DNA of 64,000 bases from an uncultured Acidobacteriota bacterium (GCA_963720545.1 OY970399.1:3936001-4000000), one strand, 5' to 3'; positions 23,826-36,404 are shown, counted from the first letter of the stretch. The notes: generated from the letters alone by a model not told the origin. Numbers and translations: made by a program.

Positions 23826-24617
23826 GTTGACGAAGGCGGCGATCCGCCGCAGCGAATCGTCGCGCTGGTTGTTGCTCGCGAATATGCCGTTGTGCCCGGC
23901 GCCGTCGTAGAACGTCGCGTCAACTCTTTTGCCGGCGCGTCGCAGCGCCGCTTCGAACGCGCGCGCCTGGCGCGGGTCGGTCACCGGCGAGCCGCCCTCA
24001 CCTTGGCCGTCGGCGGTGCCGTGCAACATCAGCAACGGCACCTTGATCTCCGCGGCGCGCGGCACCAGCTCGTCGGGGTAGCCCGCCGAATTGAGCACCG
24101 CTCCCTGCACACCGCCCGTGCCGAGGACGTACTGGAGCGCGGCGCCGCCGCCGCGCGAGTGGCCGAACAGGATGATTCGCTCGGCACGAACGCCCGGCAG
24201 GCGGCGCACGGCGGTAACCAGCGCGCCTACGGCACGCTGGGTCGCAGCGTCTGCGGCGGGCTCCATCGGGTGCGCATCCGGACAGGCGATCGGCGTGACG
24301 AACCGGGCTCCCGCGCCGCCGCCGCCCGCGGCCCAGCAGGCGGCAACCGCAAGCACGCCCTCACGCGCCAACCCCTGCGCCAGCTCGACGTACTCGCGCG
24401 CGAAGCCGTGAGAACCGTGCAGCACGATGACGGCGGGGAAGGGGCCTGTCCCCGAAGGCCGCGCGACCGCGGCCAACATGGCCCCGGTGCCAGTCGCCTC
24501 GATCCGAAGCCACTCGACGGCGAGGCCCGCGCCGCCGGGAGGAACGGCCGTGGGTGTCGCGACTGGTCGGGAGGCTGGCGCGACCGCCAGCAGCAGGACG
24601 AGCGACAGCGCCAGCAT
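23811..24617 (-). CDS. Dienelactone hydrolase-like alpha/beta hydrolase, secreted
   Basis: Signal peptide; LHGSHG, GHSRGG, HGTAD, YDGAGH. Confidence 0.85.
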   Translation of the reverse strand: MLALSLVLLLAVAPASRPVATPTAVPPGGAGLAVEWLRIEATGTGAMLAAVARPSGTGPFPAVIVLHGSHGFAREYVELAQGLAREGVLAVAACWAAGGGGAGARFVTPIACPDAHPMEPAADAATQRAVGALVTAVRRLPGVRAERIILFGHSRGGGAALQYVLGTGGVQGAVLNSAGYPDELVPRAAEIKVPLLMLHGTADGQGEGGSPVTDPRQARAFEAALRRAGKRVDATFYDGAGHNGIFASNNQRDDSLRRIAAFVNSLAR

Positions 24618-24630
24618 CGGAGACGACCTC

Positions 24631-26853
24631 CTACCGGTACGGCTTCAGCAGTTTCCGGTCTTCGGCGGAGGCGGGGCGGAAGCTGACAGCAGCGCCGCCG
24701 CCGGGGGCGAGGGCGACCTTCAGGATCGATTTGTCGGTGACCAGGAACTTGTCGATCTTGTAGGCCATCGGGTTCTTGTCCCAGCTGGCGCCGGCGGCAT
24801 CCGCGTAGATGGCGGCGACGTAGGTGGTGCCCGGCGTCAGGTACGCCGCCGGCAGCGTCGCGACGCGCGCGTTCTCGTTGGTGATGGCGCCGACGTACCA
24901 CTCGTCCTTGCCCTTGGCCTTGCGGGCGATCGTCACGTAGTCGCCGGGTTCGGCCTCGAGGATCCTGGTGTCGTCCCAGTCCACCGCGACGTCGTGGATG
25001 AACTGGAACGCGTCCATGTGCTTCTCGTAGTTCTGCGGGAAGTCGGCGGCCATCTGCAGCGGGCTGTACATCGTGACGTAGAGCGCCAGCTGCTTGGCGA
25101 GCGTCGTGTGCACCTGCGCCTTGTTCTTCGGGTCGTAGACCGACATCTTGATCTCGAAGATCCCCGGCGTGTAGTCCATCGGCCCGCCCATGAGGCGCGT
25201 GAACGGCAGGATGGTCTCGTGCGCGGGTGGGTTGCCGCCGCTCCAGGCGTTGAACTCGTTGCCGCGCGCCGCCTCGCTCGCCATCCAGTTGGGCCAGGTG
25301 CGCGACAGCCCGGTGGGCCGCACCGGCTCGTGCGAGTCCACCATGATCTGCATGCCGGCTGCCTTGGCGGCGACGCGCGCGTAGTGGTTCACCATCCACT
25401 GGCCGTCATGGTGCTCGCCGCGCGGGATGATGCGCCCGACATAGCCGGTCTTGACCGCGTCGTAGCCGTTGTCCTTCATGAAGCGGAACGCGGCGTCGAG
25501 GCGGCGCTCGTAATTGGTGGCCGAGGCCGAGGTCTCGTGGTGCATGATGAGCTTCACGCCCTTCTGCGCGCTGTAGCGGTGCAGCTCGGCGACGTCGAAG
25601 TCGGGATAGGGCGTGACGAAGTCGAAGACGTTTTCCTTCCACTGCCCGAACCAGTCTTCCCAGCCGATGTTCCACCCCTCGACCAGCACGCCGCCGATGC
25701 CGTTGGCGGCAGCGAAGTCGATGTAGCGCTTCACGTTCGCGGTGTTGGCGCTGTGCTTGCCGCTCGGCTTCAGCGCCTGCCAGTCGGTGGTGTCGAGCCG
25801 CAGGCCGGTTTCGTCCGAGAAGCTCCAGGTGCCGGTCTTGGCGTGCATCTCCCACCAGACGCCGACGAACTTCTGCGGCTTGATGAAGCTCGTGTCCTTG
25901 ATCTGCGACGGCTCGTTGAGGTTGAGGATCGTCTTCGACGCCAGGATGTCGGCCGCCTTGTCGCTGACGATGACTGTGCGCCACGGCGAGACCGCCGGCG
26001 TCTGCAAATAGGCCTTGTTGCCGACGGCGTCCGGCACCAGGTGGGCGGTGAGACGCAGCGCCTTCTTGTCGACCGCCAGCTGCATTGCGGGATAGTCGAC
26101 GAGCGCCGCCTCGTGGATGCTGATGTAAAGGCCGTCCGTCGTCTTCATCAGCAGCGGCGTCTGTACGTTGTCGCCCGGGATCACGGTGCGCGCCGCGATT
26201 TCGGCTGCCGCATTGCCCTTCGAGGAGTCGACCTCGGTCAGCTTCGACACGGTGTAGGCATACTCGTTGGTGTCGTAGTCGCCGGGAATCCAGAAGGTCT
26301 TGTGGTCGCCGGTCAGGCTGAACTGGGTCTTTTCGTCGGCGACGATGAAGGACCCCAGCGCGTCCTGGCGCGGGAACTCGTAGCGAAAGCCGAGGCCGTC
26401 GTCGAACAGGCGGAAGCGCACGATGATGCGGCGGTTCTTCGTCGCGGCCTGGGCCAGCGTGACGGCAAGCTCCTTGTAGCGGTTGCGGATCGTCTTCACT
26501 TCGCCCCAGACGGGATCCCAGGTTTCGTCCTTGTCGGCCTGGTCCGCCGCGGCGACGCTGAAACCGCTGGCGAGTGTCGGCTGGTCGCGCAGCTCGAGGC
26601 CGAGCGTGCTCTCATTGATCACCGGCTTGCCGGCCAGCGTGAGCGCGTAGGACGGCGTGCCCTGCGCATTCAGCGAGAAGATGAGCACGAGCCTGCCGTT
26701 CGGCGACTGCAGCGTCTGCGTGGCCGGAGCTGTGGACGGGGCCGCCGCCGCAGCCGCGGCCGTGGGAGTTGCCGGCGCGGTCGCTACCTGGAACGGGAAC
26801 GTGCCTGCCGGCAGCAGCAGTAACGCGAGCGCGACCGGAAGGAGAGGCTTCAT
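24631..26853 (-). CDS. Glycoside hydrolase family 97 (SusB-like alpha-glucosidase)
   Basis: LQSPNG, GVWWEMH, LVEGWN.GWEDW, HHETS, GNEFNAW, GGPMDYTPG. Confidence 0.94.
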   Translation of the reverse strand: MKPLLPVALALLLLPAGTFPFQVATAPATPTAAAAAAAPSTAPATQTLQSPNGRLVLIFSLNAQGTPSYALTLAGKPVINESTLGLELRDQPTLASGFSVAAADQADKDETWDPVWGEVKTIRNRYKELAVTLAQAATKNRRIIVRFRLFDDGLGFRYEFPRQDALGSFIVADEKTQFSLTGDHKTFWIPGDYDTNEYAYTVSKLTEVDSSKGNAAAEIAARTVIPGDNVQTPLLMKTTDGLYISIHEAALVDYPAMQLAVDKKALRLTAHLVPDAVGNKAYLQTPAVSPWRTVIVSDKAADILASKTILNLNEPSQIKDTSFIKPQKFVGVWWEMHAKTGTWSFSDETGLRLDTTDWQALKPSGKHSANTANVKRYIDFAAANGIGGVLVEGWNIGWEDWFGQWKENVFDFVTPYPDFDVAELHRYSAQKGVKLIMHHETSASATNYERRLDAAFRFMKDNGYDAVKTGYVGRIIPRGEHHDGQWMVNHYARVAAKAAGMQIMVDSHEPVRPTGLSRTWPNWMASEAARGNEFNAWSGGNPPAHETILPFTRLMGGPMDYTPGIFEIKMSVYDPKNKAQVHTTLAKQLALYVTMYSPLQMAADFPQNYEKHMDAFQFIHDVAVDWDDTRILEAEPGDYVTIARKAKGKDEWYVGAITNENARVATLPAAYLTPGTTYVAAIYADAAGASWDKNPMAYKIDKFLVTDKSILKVALAPGGGAAVSFRPASAEDRKLLKPYR

Positions 26854-28476
26854 TTATTTCTCCGTCATGAAAGGGTAGCGGTAATCGCGCGGTGGCGAGA
26901 ACGTCTCCTTGATCGAGCGAGCGCTCACCCAGCGCACCAGGTTGAGCTTGGAACCGGCCTTGTCGTTGGTGCCCGAGGCGCGGGCGCCGCCGAACGGCTG
27001 CTGGCCAACCACGGCACCCGTCGGCTTGTCGTTGACGTAGAAGTTTCCGGCCGCGTTGACGAGAGCTGCCGACGCTTCGCGCACCGCGGCACGGTCCTGG
27101 GAGAAGACTGCTCCGGTGAGCGCGTAAGGCGAGGTGCGGTCGACGAGCCGCAGCGTCTCCTTCCACTTGTTGTCGTCATAGACGTAGGCGGTGACGACCG
27201 GGCCGAAGATCTCCTCGCACATCAACTTGTGGTCGGGGTCGTTGGCCTGGACCAGCGTTGGCTCGATGAACCAGCCGGTCTTGCCGTCGCTCCTGCCGCC
27301 GGCGACGATGCGCCCCTTCCGGCCCCCATCCTTTATATAGGCGGAGATCTTGTCGAAGGCGCGCTGGTCGATCACCGCACCCATGAAGTTGCGGAAGTCC
27401 TGGATGTCGCCCATCTTGATGTCCGCGATCATCGCAGCCACTCGTCCCGAAACGTCCTTCCACAGCGACCTCGGCACGTAGATGCGGCTGGCCGCGGAGC
27501 ACTTCTGTCCCTGGTACTCGAACCCGCCGCGGACGATTGCGACCGCCAGCGCCGCGGCGTCCGCGGAGGCGTGGGCCACGATGAAGTCCTTGCCGCCGGT
27601 CTCGCCAACGATGCGTGGATAGCTGCGGTAGCGGTCCATGTTGTGGCCGATGGTGCGCCACATCGCGTTGAACACCGAGGTGCTGCCGGTGAAGTGCACG
27701 CCGGCCAGGTCCGCGTGGTTCAGCACCACGTCGGAGATGGCGACCGGATCGCCGGGAACGAAGTTGATGACGCCGGGCGGCAGGCCGGCTTCCTCGAGCA
27801 GGCGCAGCAGGTAGTAGGCGCTCGGGATCGCCGAGGAGGCCGGCTTCCACAGCACGACGTTGCCCATGAGCGCGGGCGAGGTGGGCAGGTTGCCGGCGAT
27901 CGAGGTGAAGTTGAAGGGCGTGACCGCGTAGACAAAACCCTCGAGCGGCCGGTACTCGGCCTGGTTCCACATCGTGTGGTTGCTGATCGGCTGCTCGGCG
28001 TACAGCTCCTGCGCGTAGTGCGGGTTGAAGCGCCAGAAGTCGATGAGCTCGACGGCCGAGTCGATCTCGGCCTGGAACGCCGTCTTCGACTGGCCGAGCA
28101 TCGTGATTGCGTTGATCGTTTGCCGCCAGGTGGTCGCGAGCAGCTCCGCCGCCTTGAGGAAGATCGCCGCGCGATCCTCGAACGGCCAGTTCGCCCAGTC
28201 CTTCCGCGCCGCCGCCGCGGCCGCGACCGCCGCCTGCACCTGCGCGGTGCCGGCCTTGTGCCAGTCGGCGAGCACGTGCCGATGGTCGTGAGGCATCACC
28301 GCGGTGCCGCGTTCCTTGCCCTTCACGTCCTTGCCGCCGATCACCAGCGGAATCTCGATGCGCTCGCCGGCCATCGCCTTGAGCCGCGCCTTCAGCTCGG
28401 CCTTCTCGGGAGATCCTGGTGCGTACGACTTCACGGGCTCGTTGCTGGGCGGTGGAACGCGGCGGGTGGAGTTCAT
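26854..28476 (-). CDS. pruA: L-glutamate gamma-semialdehyde (P5C) dehydrogenase
   Basis: ATG 28476; [56 protein letters not shown]. Confidence 0.95.
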   Translation of the reverse strand: MNSTRRVPPPSNEPVKSYAPGSPEKAELKARLKAMAGERIEIPLVIGGKDVKGKERGTAVMPHDHRHVLADWHKAGTAQVQAAVAAAAAARKDWANWPFEDRAAIFLKAAELLATTWRQTINAITMLGQSKTAFQAEIDSAVELIDFWRFNPHYAQELYAEQPISNHTMWNQAEYRPLEGFVYAVTPFNFTSIAGNLPTSPALMGNVVLWKPASSAIPSAYYLLRLLEEAGLPPGVINFVPGDPVAISDVVLNHADLAGVHFTGSTSVFNAMWRTIGHNMDRYRSYPRIVGETGGKDFIVAHASADAAALAVAIVRGGFEYQGQKCSAASRIYVPRSLWKDVSGRVAAMIADIKMGDIQDFRNFMGAVIDQRAFDKISAYIKDGGRKGRIVAGGRSDGKTGWFIEPTLVQANDPDHKLMCEEIFGPVVTAYVYDDNKWKETLRLVDRTSPYALTGAVFSQDRAAVREASAALVNAAGNFYVNDKPTGAVVGQQPFGGARASGTNDKAGSKLNLVRWVSARSIKETFSPPRDYRYPFMTEK

Positions 28477-28483
28477 GATCCCA

Positions 28484-28495
28484 AAGGTTAACCTT
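28484..28495. promoter_or_regulatory. Palindromic bidirectional -10 element between divergent genes
   Basis: Perfect palindrome AAGGTTAACCTT; TAACCT lies exactly 8 nt before ATG 28503 (+) and ATG 28476 (-). Confidence 0.65.
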
Positions 28496-28502
28496 CGGCA
28501 CC

Positions 28503-30158
28503 ATGTTGAAGGAACCGGGCCGGCCCGCGGCCGTCCGCGCGCTCGCCGCGCTGCTGGCACTGCTGGCGGTCGCCGGCGGAGCGATGCTGTTCGCCCAGGC
28601 CGCGTGGCGTTCGGTGGTGCGTTACAAGACGCCCTATTCCTTCGCCGAAGGACGCCAGCTGCCGAGCCCCGCGCCTGCCGGCCGCGTGGTCTTCATCATC
28701 GTGGACGGGCTGCGGGTGGACGCTTCGCGGCGCATGCCGTTCCTCAACGAGCTGCGTGCGAAGGGCGCCGACCTCCTCGCGGCTGTGGGTACGCCGTCCT
28801 ATTCGCGTCCCGGCCGGATGACGATCGCCACCGGCACCTGGCCCGAGATCCACGGCGCCACCACCAACGACTTCAAGGGGCCGATGCCCTCCGACAACAT
28901 CATTCGCGCCGTGGCGCGCACCGGCCGCAGCTGCCGGATCGCCGGCTCGCGCATCTGGGCCGAGCAGTTTGCCGCCGACATCGCGCTCTGCGGCTCCGCC
29001 CGCGCGCTCGCCGAAAACGAGGGACCGGGACTCTTCCGGCCGTATCGGCCGAAGCTCGAGGCCGAGGAGGAGGCCGGTGTCGCCTTCGCCCTCGCGAAGC
29101 CGGCCGACCTCACCATGGTCGATTTCGTCGCGACCGATGCCGCGGCGCACGATCTCGGGGCCGCGTCGCCCGAGTACTTCGACGAGACGCAGCGCATCGA
29201 CGCGATGATCCGTCGCATCGTTGCGCAGGTGGGCCTCGACAACGCCACCTTCATCGTGACCGCCGACCACGGCCATCGCGACCTCGGCGGACACGGGTCG
29301 GACGAGCCCGAGGTGCGCAGCGTGCCGCTGGTCCTTGCCGGCGCGATGATCCGGCCCGGCACGCGCGTCCCGGCGCGGCAGATCGACCTCGCGCCGACAC
29401 TCGCGGCGCTCCTCGGCGTTCCCATTCCCGGCGGCGCCTCCGGCCGGGTGCTCACCGAACTGCTGGACATCGACGGCAACCGGCTCGGACTGGCGCAAAA
29501 CGCGTCGCGCGGCCAGCAGCGCGTGTTCGCCGACGACTACGCGCGCGCCGTGGGTGTCGATCCGCAAACGCTGCCCGACGATCCGGAGGCGGCGATCTCG
29601 CGGGTGCGCAGCGACATCGTCGAGCACGAACGCCTGCGCCGCCTGCCAACAGCCGCCCTGCTCACGTTCACGGCCCTGGCGATTGCCGCGCTCGGCCTGG
29701 GCGGCGGACCGGCGTGGCGGAAGGCGACGCTCGCCGGCCTCGGTGCTTACGCCGCGGCCTTCACCGTGCTGCTGTTCGCCACTCGCCAGGCCCTGACGCT
29801 GAGCGCGATCAACCACGACGAGCAGGTGGCTGCCTTCTTCCGCCCGTTCGTGATCGACAGCTTCGCTGCCAGCCTGGTGGCTGCGCTGGTGGTCCTGCTG
29901 ATGGACCGGCGCTCGCCTCCCGGCCGCCCGTTCGTTCCGGTGCTGCGCATTGGTGCCGTGCTGCTGGCGCTCGGCACCGCCTACGTCGCCTGGGGCTACG
30001 GCGTTGCCGGGTTGTTCTCGAGCTGGCGGCTGCCGTCGATCCCGGCCGTCTTCGGGTTGTTCATCGCCGCGCTGCAGCTCGTCGGCGTGTGCGGCGCGCT
30101 CCTCGTGTTCGGCGCCTGGTCGCTGCTCGCGGGCAGGTACTCGCGGGCCCTGAAATGA
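28503..30158 (+). CDS. Alkaline-phosphatase-superfamily membrane protein (phosphodiesterase / GPI ethanolamine-phosphate-transferase-like)
   Basis: N-terminal anchor; IVDGLR, SYSRPG..TIATG, D..AH..G, TADHG...GGHG; several C-terminal hydrophobic helices. Confidence 0.75.
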   Translation: MLKEPGRPAAVRALAALLALLAVAGGAMLFAQAAWRSVVRYKTPYSFAEGRQLPSPAPAGRVVFIIVDGLRVDASRRMPFLNELRAKGADLLAAVGTPSYSRPGRMTIATGTWPEIHGATTNDFKGPMPSDNIIRAVARTGRSCRIAGSRIWAEQFAADIALCGSARALAENEGPGLFRPYRPKLEAEEEAGVAFALAKPADLTMVDFVATDAAAHDLGAASPEYFDETQRIDAMIRRIVAQVGLDNATFIVTADHGHRDLGGHGSDEPEVRSVPLVLAGAMIRPGTRVPARQIDLAPTLAALLGVPIPGGASGRVLTELLDIDGNRLGLAQNASRGQQRVFADDYARAVGVDPQTLPDDPEAAISRVRSDIVEHERLRRLPTAALLTFTALAIAALGLGGGPAWRKATLAGLGAYAAAFTVLLFATRQALTLSAINHDEQVAAFFRPFVIDSFAASLVAALVVLLMDRRSPPGRPFVPVLRIGAVLLALGTAYVAWGYGVAGLFSSWRLPSIPAVFGLFIAALQLVGVCGALLVFGAWSLLAGRYSRALK

Positions 30159-31468
30159 GCGCACGGGCGGGCAGCGCACCGCGACCCGGCCACTGGTACG
30201 GGCACCTCTACTTCCAGGTCCTCACCGCCATCACGCTGGGCGCGTTGCTCGGGCACTTCTGGCCGGCCACGGGGGCTGCGATGAAGCCGCTCGGCGACGG
30301 GTTCATTCGCCTGGTGCGGATGATCATCGCTCCCGTCGTCTTTTGCACCGTCGTCGTGGGCATCGCGAGGATGGGCGAGATGCGGGACGTGGGCAGAATC
30401 GGCGTCAAGGCTCTCGTCTACTTCGAGGCCGCCTCGACGCTGGCGCTCGTCATCGGGCTCGTCGTGGTGAACGTCTACAAGCCGGGCGCCGGCATGAACG
30501 TCGACGTGCGCACGCTCGACGCCGGTGCGGTGTCGGCCTACAGCTCGTCGGCAACCCACCTGGGTACGGTCGACTTCTTAATGAACATCATCCCGACAAC
30601 CGTGGTGGACGCGTTCGCCAGGGGCGAGATCCTGCAGGTGCTGTTCGTGGCGCTACTCTTCGGCACCGCCTTGCTGCACGGCGGGGAGCACGCCCATAAC
30701 CTGGTGCAGATCCTCGACGACGCGACGCAGGCGCTTTTCCGCGTAGTGGCGCTCATCATGCGGCTCGCGCCGATCGGGGCTTTCGGCGCGATGGCCTTCA
30801 CCATCGGGCAATACGGCATCGGCACGTTGTTCTCGCTCGGCAAGCTGATGGCGAGCTTCTACGCCACCTGCATCCTGTTCGTGGCTCTGGTGCTCGGCAG
30901 CGTGGCGCGCTGGGCCGGCTTCTCCATCCTCCGGTTCATCGCTTACATCAAGGAAGAGATCCTGATCGTGCTCGGCACCTCGTCCTCCGAATCGGTGCTG
31001 CCGAGGATGATGCAGAAGCTCGAGAATCTCGGCTGTGCGCGCCCGGTGGTCGGCCTCGTCATCCCCACCGGCTACTCCTTCAACCTGGACGGCACGTCCA
31101 TCTACATGACGATGGCCGCCATCTTCATCGCGCAGGCCACCAACACGCCGCTCACGCTGGGCCACCAGCTCGGGATCCTGGCGATACTGCTGCTCACGTC
31201 GAAAGGCGCTGCCGCGGTGACCGGCGGGGGCTTCGTGACCCTCGCCGCGACGCTCGCGGCCATGCCGCCGCTGCCAGTCGCCGGCCTCGCCCTCATCATC
31301 GGCATCGACCGCTTCATGTCGGAAGCCCGTGCCATCACCAACCTCATCGGCAACGGCGTCGGCACTGTCGTCGTCGCCAAATGGGAGGGCGCCCTCGACA
31401 CCGCGCGCATGAAGCAGGTCCTGGCCGGCGATGCCGACCTGCCTGACGCCGAAGCGCTGGAGCCATAG
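30155..31468 (+). CDS. dctA: C4-dicarboxylate:H+ symporter
   Basis: ATGA overlap; [37 protein letters not shown]. Confidence 0.95.
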   Translation: MSARAGSAPRPGHWYGHLYFQVLTAITLGALLGHFWPATGAAMKPLGDGFIRLVRMIIAPVVFCTVVVGIARMGEMRDVGRIGVKALVYFEAASTLALVIGLVVVNVYKPGAGMNVDVRTLDAGAVSAYSSSATHLGTVDFLMNIIPTTVVDAFARGEILQVLFVALLFGTALLHGGEHAHNLVQILDDATQALFRVVALIMRLAPIGAFGAMAFTIGQYGIGTLFSLGKLMASFYATCILFVALVLGSVARWAGFSILRFIAYIKEEILIVLGTSSSESVLPRMMQKLENLGCARPVVGLVIPTGYSFNLDGTSIYMTMAAIFIAQATNTPLTLGHQLGILAILLLTSKGAAAVTGGGFVTLAATLAAMPPLPVAGLALIIGIDRFMSEARAITNLIGNGVGTVVVAKWEGALDTARMKQVLAGDADLPDAEALEP

Positions 31469-31492
31469 GCGTTCGGGGAAACGACGGCGGGC

Positions 31493-31501
31493 TGCTAAAA
31501 T
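31493..31501 (+). promoter_or_regulatory. Extended -10 promoter candidate for the gamma-CA/hisS/aspS run
   Basis: TGcTAAAAT in the intergenic gap. Confidence 0.5.
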
Positions 31502-31526
31502 CGCCCCTTTTGCGGGGGATTCCACG

Positions 31527-32058
31527 GTGCTGCGGGTGTTCATGGGACGGCGGCCGGCGCTCGGGGCGGGGGTGTACGTGGACCGCACCGCGCAGGTCAT
31601 CGGCGACGTGGACGCTCGGCGACCACTCGAGCGTCTGGATGAACAGCGTGGTGCGCGGCGACGTCAACTCCATCCGCATCGGCAGCGCACACGAACATCC
31701 AGGACAACTGCGTGGTGCACGTGTTCAAGGACCACGCACCCGACGGTGCTCGGCCGACCACGTCACGGTCGGCCACTCGGTGACGCTGCACGGCTGCCCA
31801 TCGGCTACTACTGCCTCATCGGCATGGGCGCGACCATCCTGAACGGCGCGACACATTGGCGAGGAGTGCGTCGTGGCGGCGCGGACGCTGGTCCCGGAAG
31901 ACGCTGTGATTCCGCCGCGCAGCCTGGTGATGGGTGTGCCGGGGAAGGTGCGGCGGGCGCAGACCACGGACGAGGAGCGCAGGGCCTGCGCCGCTACGCG
32001 AACAACTATCTACGAGTACAAGGAAATCTACCTGGCGCAGCAGGCGGCGGGCGAGTAA
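31527..32058 (+). CDS. Gamma carbonic anhydrase family (YrdA-like) hexapeptide-repeat protein, frameshifted
   Basis: AQVIGDV, SSVWMNSVVRGDVN.IRIG, NIQDNCVVH, TVGHSVTLHGC, IGMGATILNGA, SLVMGVPGKV across frames. Confidence 0.88.
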
Positions 32059-32061
32059 GCA

Positions 32062-33330
32062 ATGATCAAAGCGGTTCGCGGCACCAACGACATCCTGCCC
32101 GACGAGGTCGCGGCGTGGCATCGCATCGAGGCGGCGGCGCGCGAGCTCTTCGCACGCTAGGGGTTATCGCGAGATCCGCACGCCGATCTTCGAGGAGACG
32201 CAGCTCTTCGCCCGCGGCATCGGCGGCGAGACCGACATCGTCGCGAAGGAGATGTACACCTTCGCCGACCGCGAGGAGGCCGGGTCGTCGCTGACGCTGC
32301 GTCCCGAGGCCACCGCCGGCATCGTGCGCGCGGTCATCGAGCACAACCTCATCAACACCGACCCCGCTCGTCAAGGTGTATGCGCTCGGTCCCATGTTCC
32401 GCCGCGAGCGCCCGCAGAAGGGCCGCTTCCGCCAGTTCCACCAGGTCGACGTCGAGGCGTTCGGGCTGAAGGCGCCCGGCGATCGACGTCGAGGTCATCG
32501 AGCTGTCGCTCGCGCTACCTGGATGCCTGCGGCGTCACCGGCTACGAACTGGTGCTGAACTCGGTCGGCGACGCGAAATGCCGGCCCGCCTACGTCGAGA
32601 CGCTGCGCGACGGCGCTCAAGGACAAGGCCGCCGCGATGTGCGGCGACTGCCAGCGCCGCGCCGTAGACCAATCCGCTGCGCGTCCTCGACTGCAAGGTG
32701 CCGCAGGACCAGCCGATCATCGACGCGCTGCCGCGGATTGCCGATCACCTGTGCCAACCGTGCCGCGAACACTTCGCGGCGGTCACCGCCGGCCTCGACG
32801 CTGCGGGCATCGCCTATCAGGCTGAGCCATCGCCTGGTGCGCGGCCTCGACTACTACGTGCGCACCACGTTCGAGGTGACGAGCAGCCGCGCTGGGCGCG
32901 CAGAACAGCGTCCTCGGCGGCGGCCGCTACGACGGGCTCGTCAAGGAACTGGGTGGCCCGGACGCTCCCGGCATCGGCTTCGCGCTCGGCATGGAGCGGC
33001 TCGTGATGCTGCTGGCGCCGCTCGCGGACGAGAGCGCGCTGCGACGTGTTCCTCATGCCGCTCGCCGCGGGCGCCGACGACCGAAGCCGCCGCGGCTGCA
33101 GCGCACGCTGCGCGAGGCCGGCATCCGCGTCGCCATGGACTACGAAGGCCGCAGCTTCAAGTCGCAGCATGAAGCGCGCCGACAAGCTGGGCGCGCGCCT
33201 CGTCGCGATTCGCGGCGACGACGAGAAGGCCAAGGGCGTCTGGACGCTGCGCGACATGCGCACGTCGGACCAGGAGGACGTGGCCGCGAGCGGCCTCATC
33301 GACGAGATCAAGGGGAAATTGAATGGTTGA
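32062..33330 (+). CDS. hisS: Histidine--tRNA ligase (multiple frameshifts, probably sequence errors)
   Basis: [70 protein letters not shown]. Confidence 0.93.
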
Positions 33331-35143
33331 CGTTTTGGGCGACCTGCAGCGCACGCACTACTGCGGCGCGCTCGCGCGAAGCCCAGGTGGGGCAGGACGA
33401 GTGACGCTCATGGGCTGGGCGGCGACACGGCGCGACCTCGGCGGCGTCATCTTCATCGACCTGCGCGACCGCGAGGGCCTCTGCCAGGTGGTCGCGCGGC
33501 CCGAGATCTCCGCCGACGGCCCACCAGACGGCGGACAAGCGTGCGCGGCGAGTACGTGCTGGCGGTGACCGGCAAGGTGGCGCGCCGCTCCGACGAAACC
33601 GTGAATCCGAAGCTCGCCACCGGCGCTGTCGAAGTAGCTGGCGCAGCGAGATCCGCGATCCTTGCCGAGGCGCAGACCCCGCCGTTTCCGATCGAGGACG
33701 ACGTCGACGACCGCGGAAGACATCCGCCTCAAGTACCGCTACCTCGACCTGCGCCGCCCGAAGATGCAGCGCAATATCCTGCATGCGCCACCAGATCGAC
33801 GCTCGAGGTACGCCGCTACCTCGACGAGCAGGGTTTCCTCGAGATCGAGACGCCGCTGCTCACCAAGCTCCACCCCCGAAGGCGCGCGCGACTACCTGGT
33901 GCCGTCGCGCGTCCACCACGGCGCTTTCTACGCGCTGCCGCAGTCGCCGCAGATCTTCAAGCAGATCCTGATGGTGTCCGGCTTCGACAAGTACTTCCAG
34001 ATCGCGCGCTGCTTCCGCGACGAGGACCTGCGCGCCGACCGCCAGCCCGAGTTCACCCAGGTGGACATCGAGATGTCGTTCCCGACGGTCGAGACGGTCG
34101 TCGACCTCATCGAGCCGCTCTACCAGCGCGTGCTTCGAGCTCCTCGGAGTCACCGTGGCGCGGCCGTTCCCGCGGCTTTCCTACGAGGACGCGCTCGAGC
34201 GCTACGGCGTCGGACAAGCCCGACCTGCGCTTCGCGATGCCGATCACCGACGTGACCGAAGAGATGAAGACGCTGGGGCTCGAAACGTTCCCGGCGCTCA
34301 TCGATGCGGGCGCGCGGGCGCGGGCCATCGTGCTGCCGGCCGCGGGCGGCATCTCGGGCACACGGCTGCGCAAGATCAACGAGGAGCTGTGGCTCGGCCG
34401 CATCGTGCCCGACGCGCACGCCAGCAAGCGCAACCTGCTTCATGCTCAAGAACACCGAGCGAGGCGATCGCGAACCTCGAGCAAGAAGGGTGCGAACGCG
34501 GAGGTGGCGCGCGCGCTCTTCAGCAAGTGCGGCGCCGCGCCCGAGGACACCGTGCTCATCGGCGTCGACGCGGAAGGGCCGCTGGCGATGGCGCTGGGCA
34601 TCCTGCGCCTCGAGATGGGCAAGGAGCTGAAGCTCATCGACGCCGCACGCCTGGCGCTTCCTGTGGATCGTCGACTTCCCGCTGTTCGATTGGGACGCCG
34701 GCGCGCGCCGCTGGAACAGCGTCAACCACCCGTTCACCGCGCCGCGCGACGAGGACGTGGCGCTGCTCGACACCGATCCGGGAAAGGTGCGGGCGAAGGC
34801 CTACGACATCGTCCTGAACGGCATGGAGGTGGGCGGCGGCAGCCTCCGCATCCACGACTCGGCGCTGCAGGCGAAAGTGTTCAAGCTGCTGTCGCTGACG
34901 CGACGAGGAGACGAACGAGCGCTTCGGCTTCTTCATCGAGGCGCTGCAGTACGGCACGCCGCCCCACGGCGGCATCGCCCTCGGCCTCGACCGGCTCGCG
35001 ATGATCTGGCCGCCGGCGAGGCCTCGCTGCGCGACGTCATCGCCTTCCCGAAGACGGCCAGCGCCACCGACCTGATGAGCCGCTCCCCGTCGGTGGTGGA
35101 CGAAGACCAGGTCCGCGACCTGGGCATCAGAACGTTTCCCTGA
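33323..35143 (+). CDS. aspS: Aspartate--tRNA ligase (multiple frameshifts, probably sequence errors)
   Basis: [76 protein letters not shown]. Confidence 0.94.
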
Positions 35144-35151
35144 GGGACGTC

Positions 35152-35193
35152 ATCGGCGGATGGGCGGTCCTTTTCGTCCCATCCGCCGATTTC
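35152..35193 (+). terminator. Strong hairpin after aspS, probable terminator
   Basis: 13-bp perfect stem ATCGGCGGATGGG / CCCATCCGCCGAT; only a short U-tract follows. Confidence 0.6.
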
Positions 35194-35206
35194 CGTTCCT
35201 GAGGCT

Positions 35207-35310
35207 CGTTGCCGTTCCTCGGAAGTGAGGTCCCTCGGTCGCGGCGCAAGCGCCGCACTCGCTCGGGAAGGCGATCGGTCGCAAGGCTGAGCATGGCTTC
35301 CTCGGTAGCG
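35207..35310 (+). other. Multi-hairpin intergenic element (candidate ncRNA or REP-like palindrome)
   Basis: Closing stem CGTTGCCG/CGGTAGCG; internal hairpins CCTC..GAGG, GCGGCGC-AA-GCGCCGC and TCGGTC-GCAA-GGCTGA. Confidence 0.35.
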
Positions 35311-35426
35311 CTATAAGTAGCTGATATATCTATAGTTATAGCACCTCCATGATCCGCTCGACTGTGCTGTTTGTGGTAAACTGCGCCCTTCCATGAACCT
35401 CCTTCCAGGCGCCTTTTAGCCCTTCG

Positions 35427-36404
<978 letters not shown>

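Noticed and set aside
32062..35143. hisS and aspS as pseudogenes or programmed frameshift targets
   Set aside because: Essential genes with intact motifs, many scattered indels and no common slippery sequence; error is more parsimonious.
35143..35340. 6S RNA, SRP RNA or tRNA after aspS
   Set aside because: No long rod with central bubble, SRP core motif or cloverleaf with T-loop could be identified by eye.
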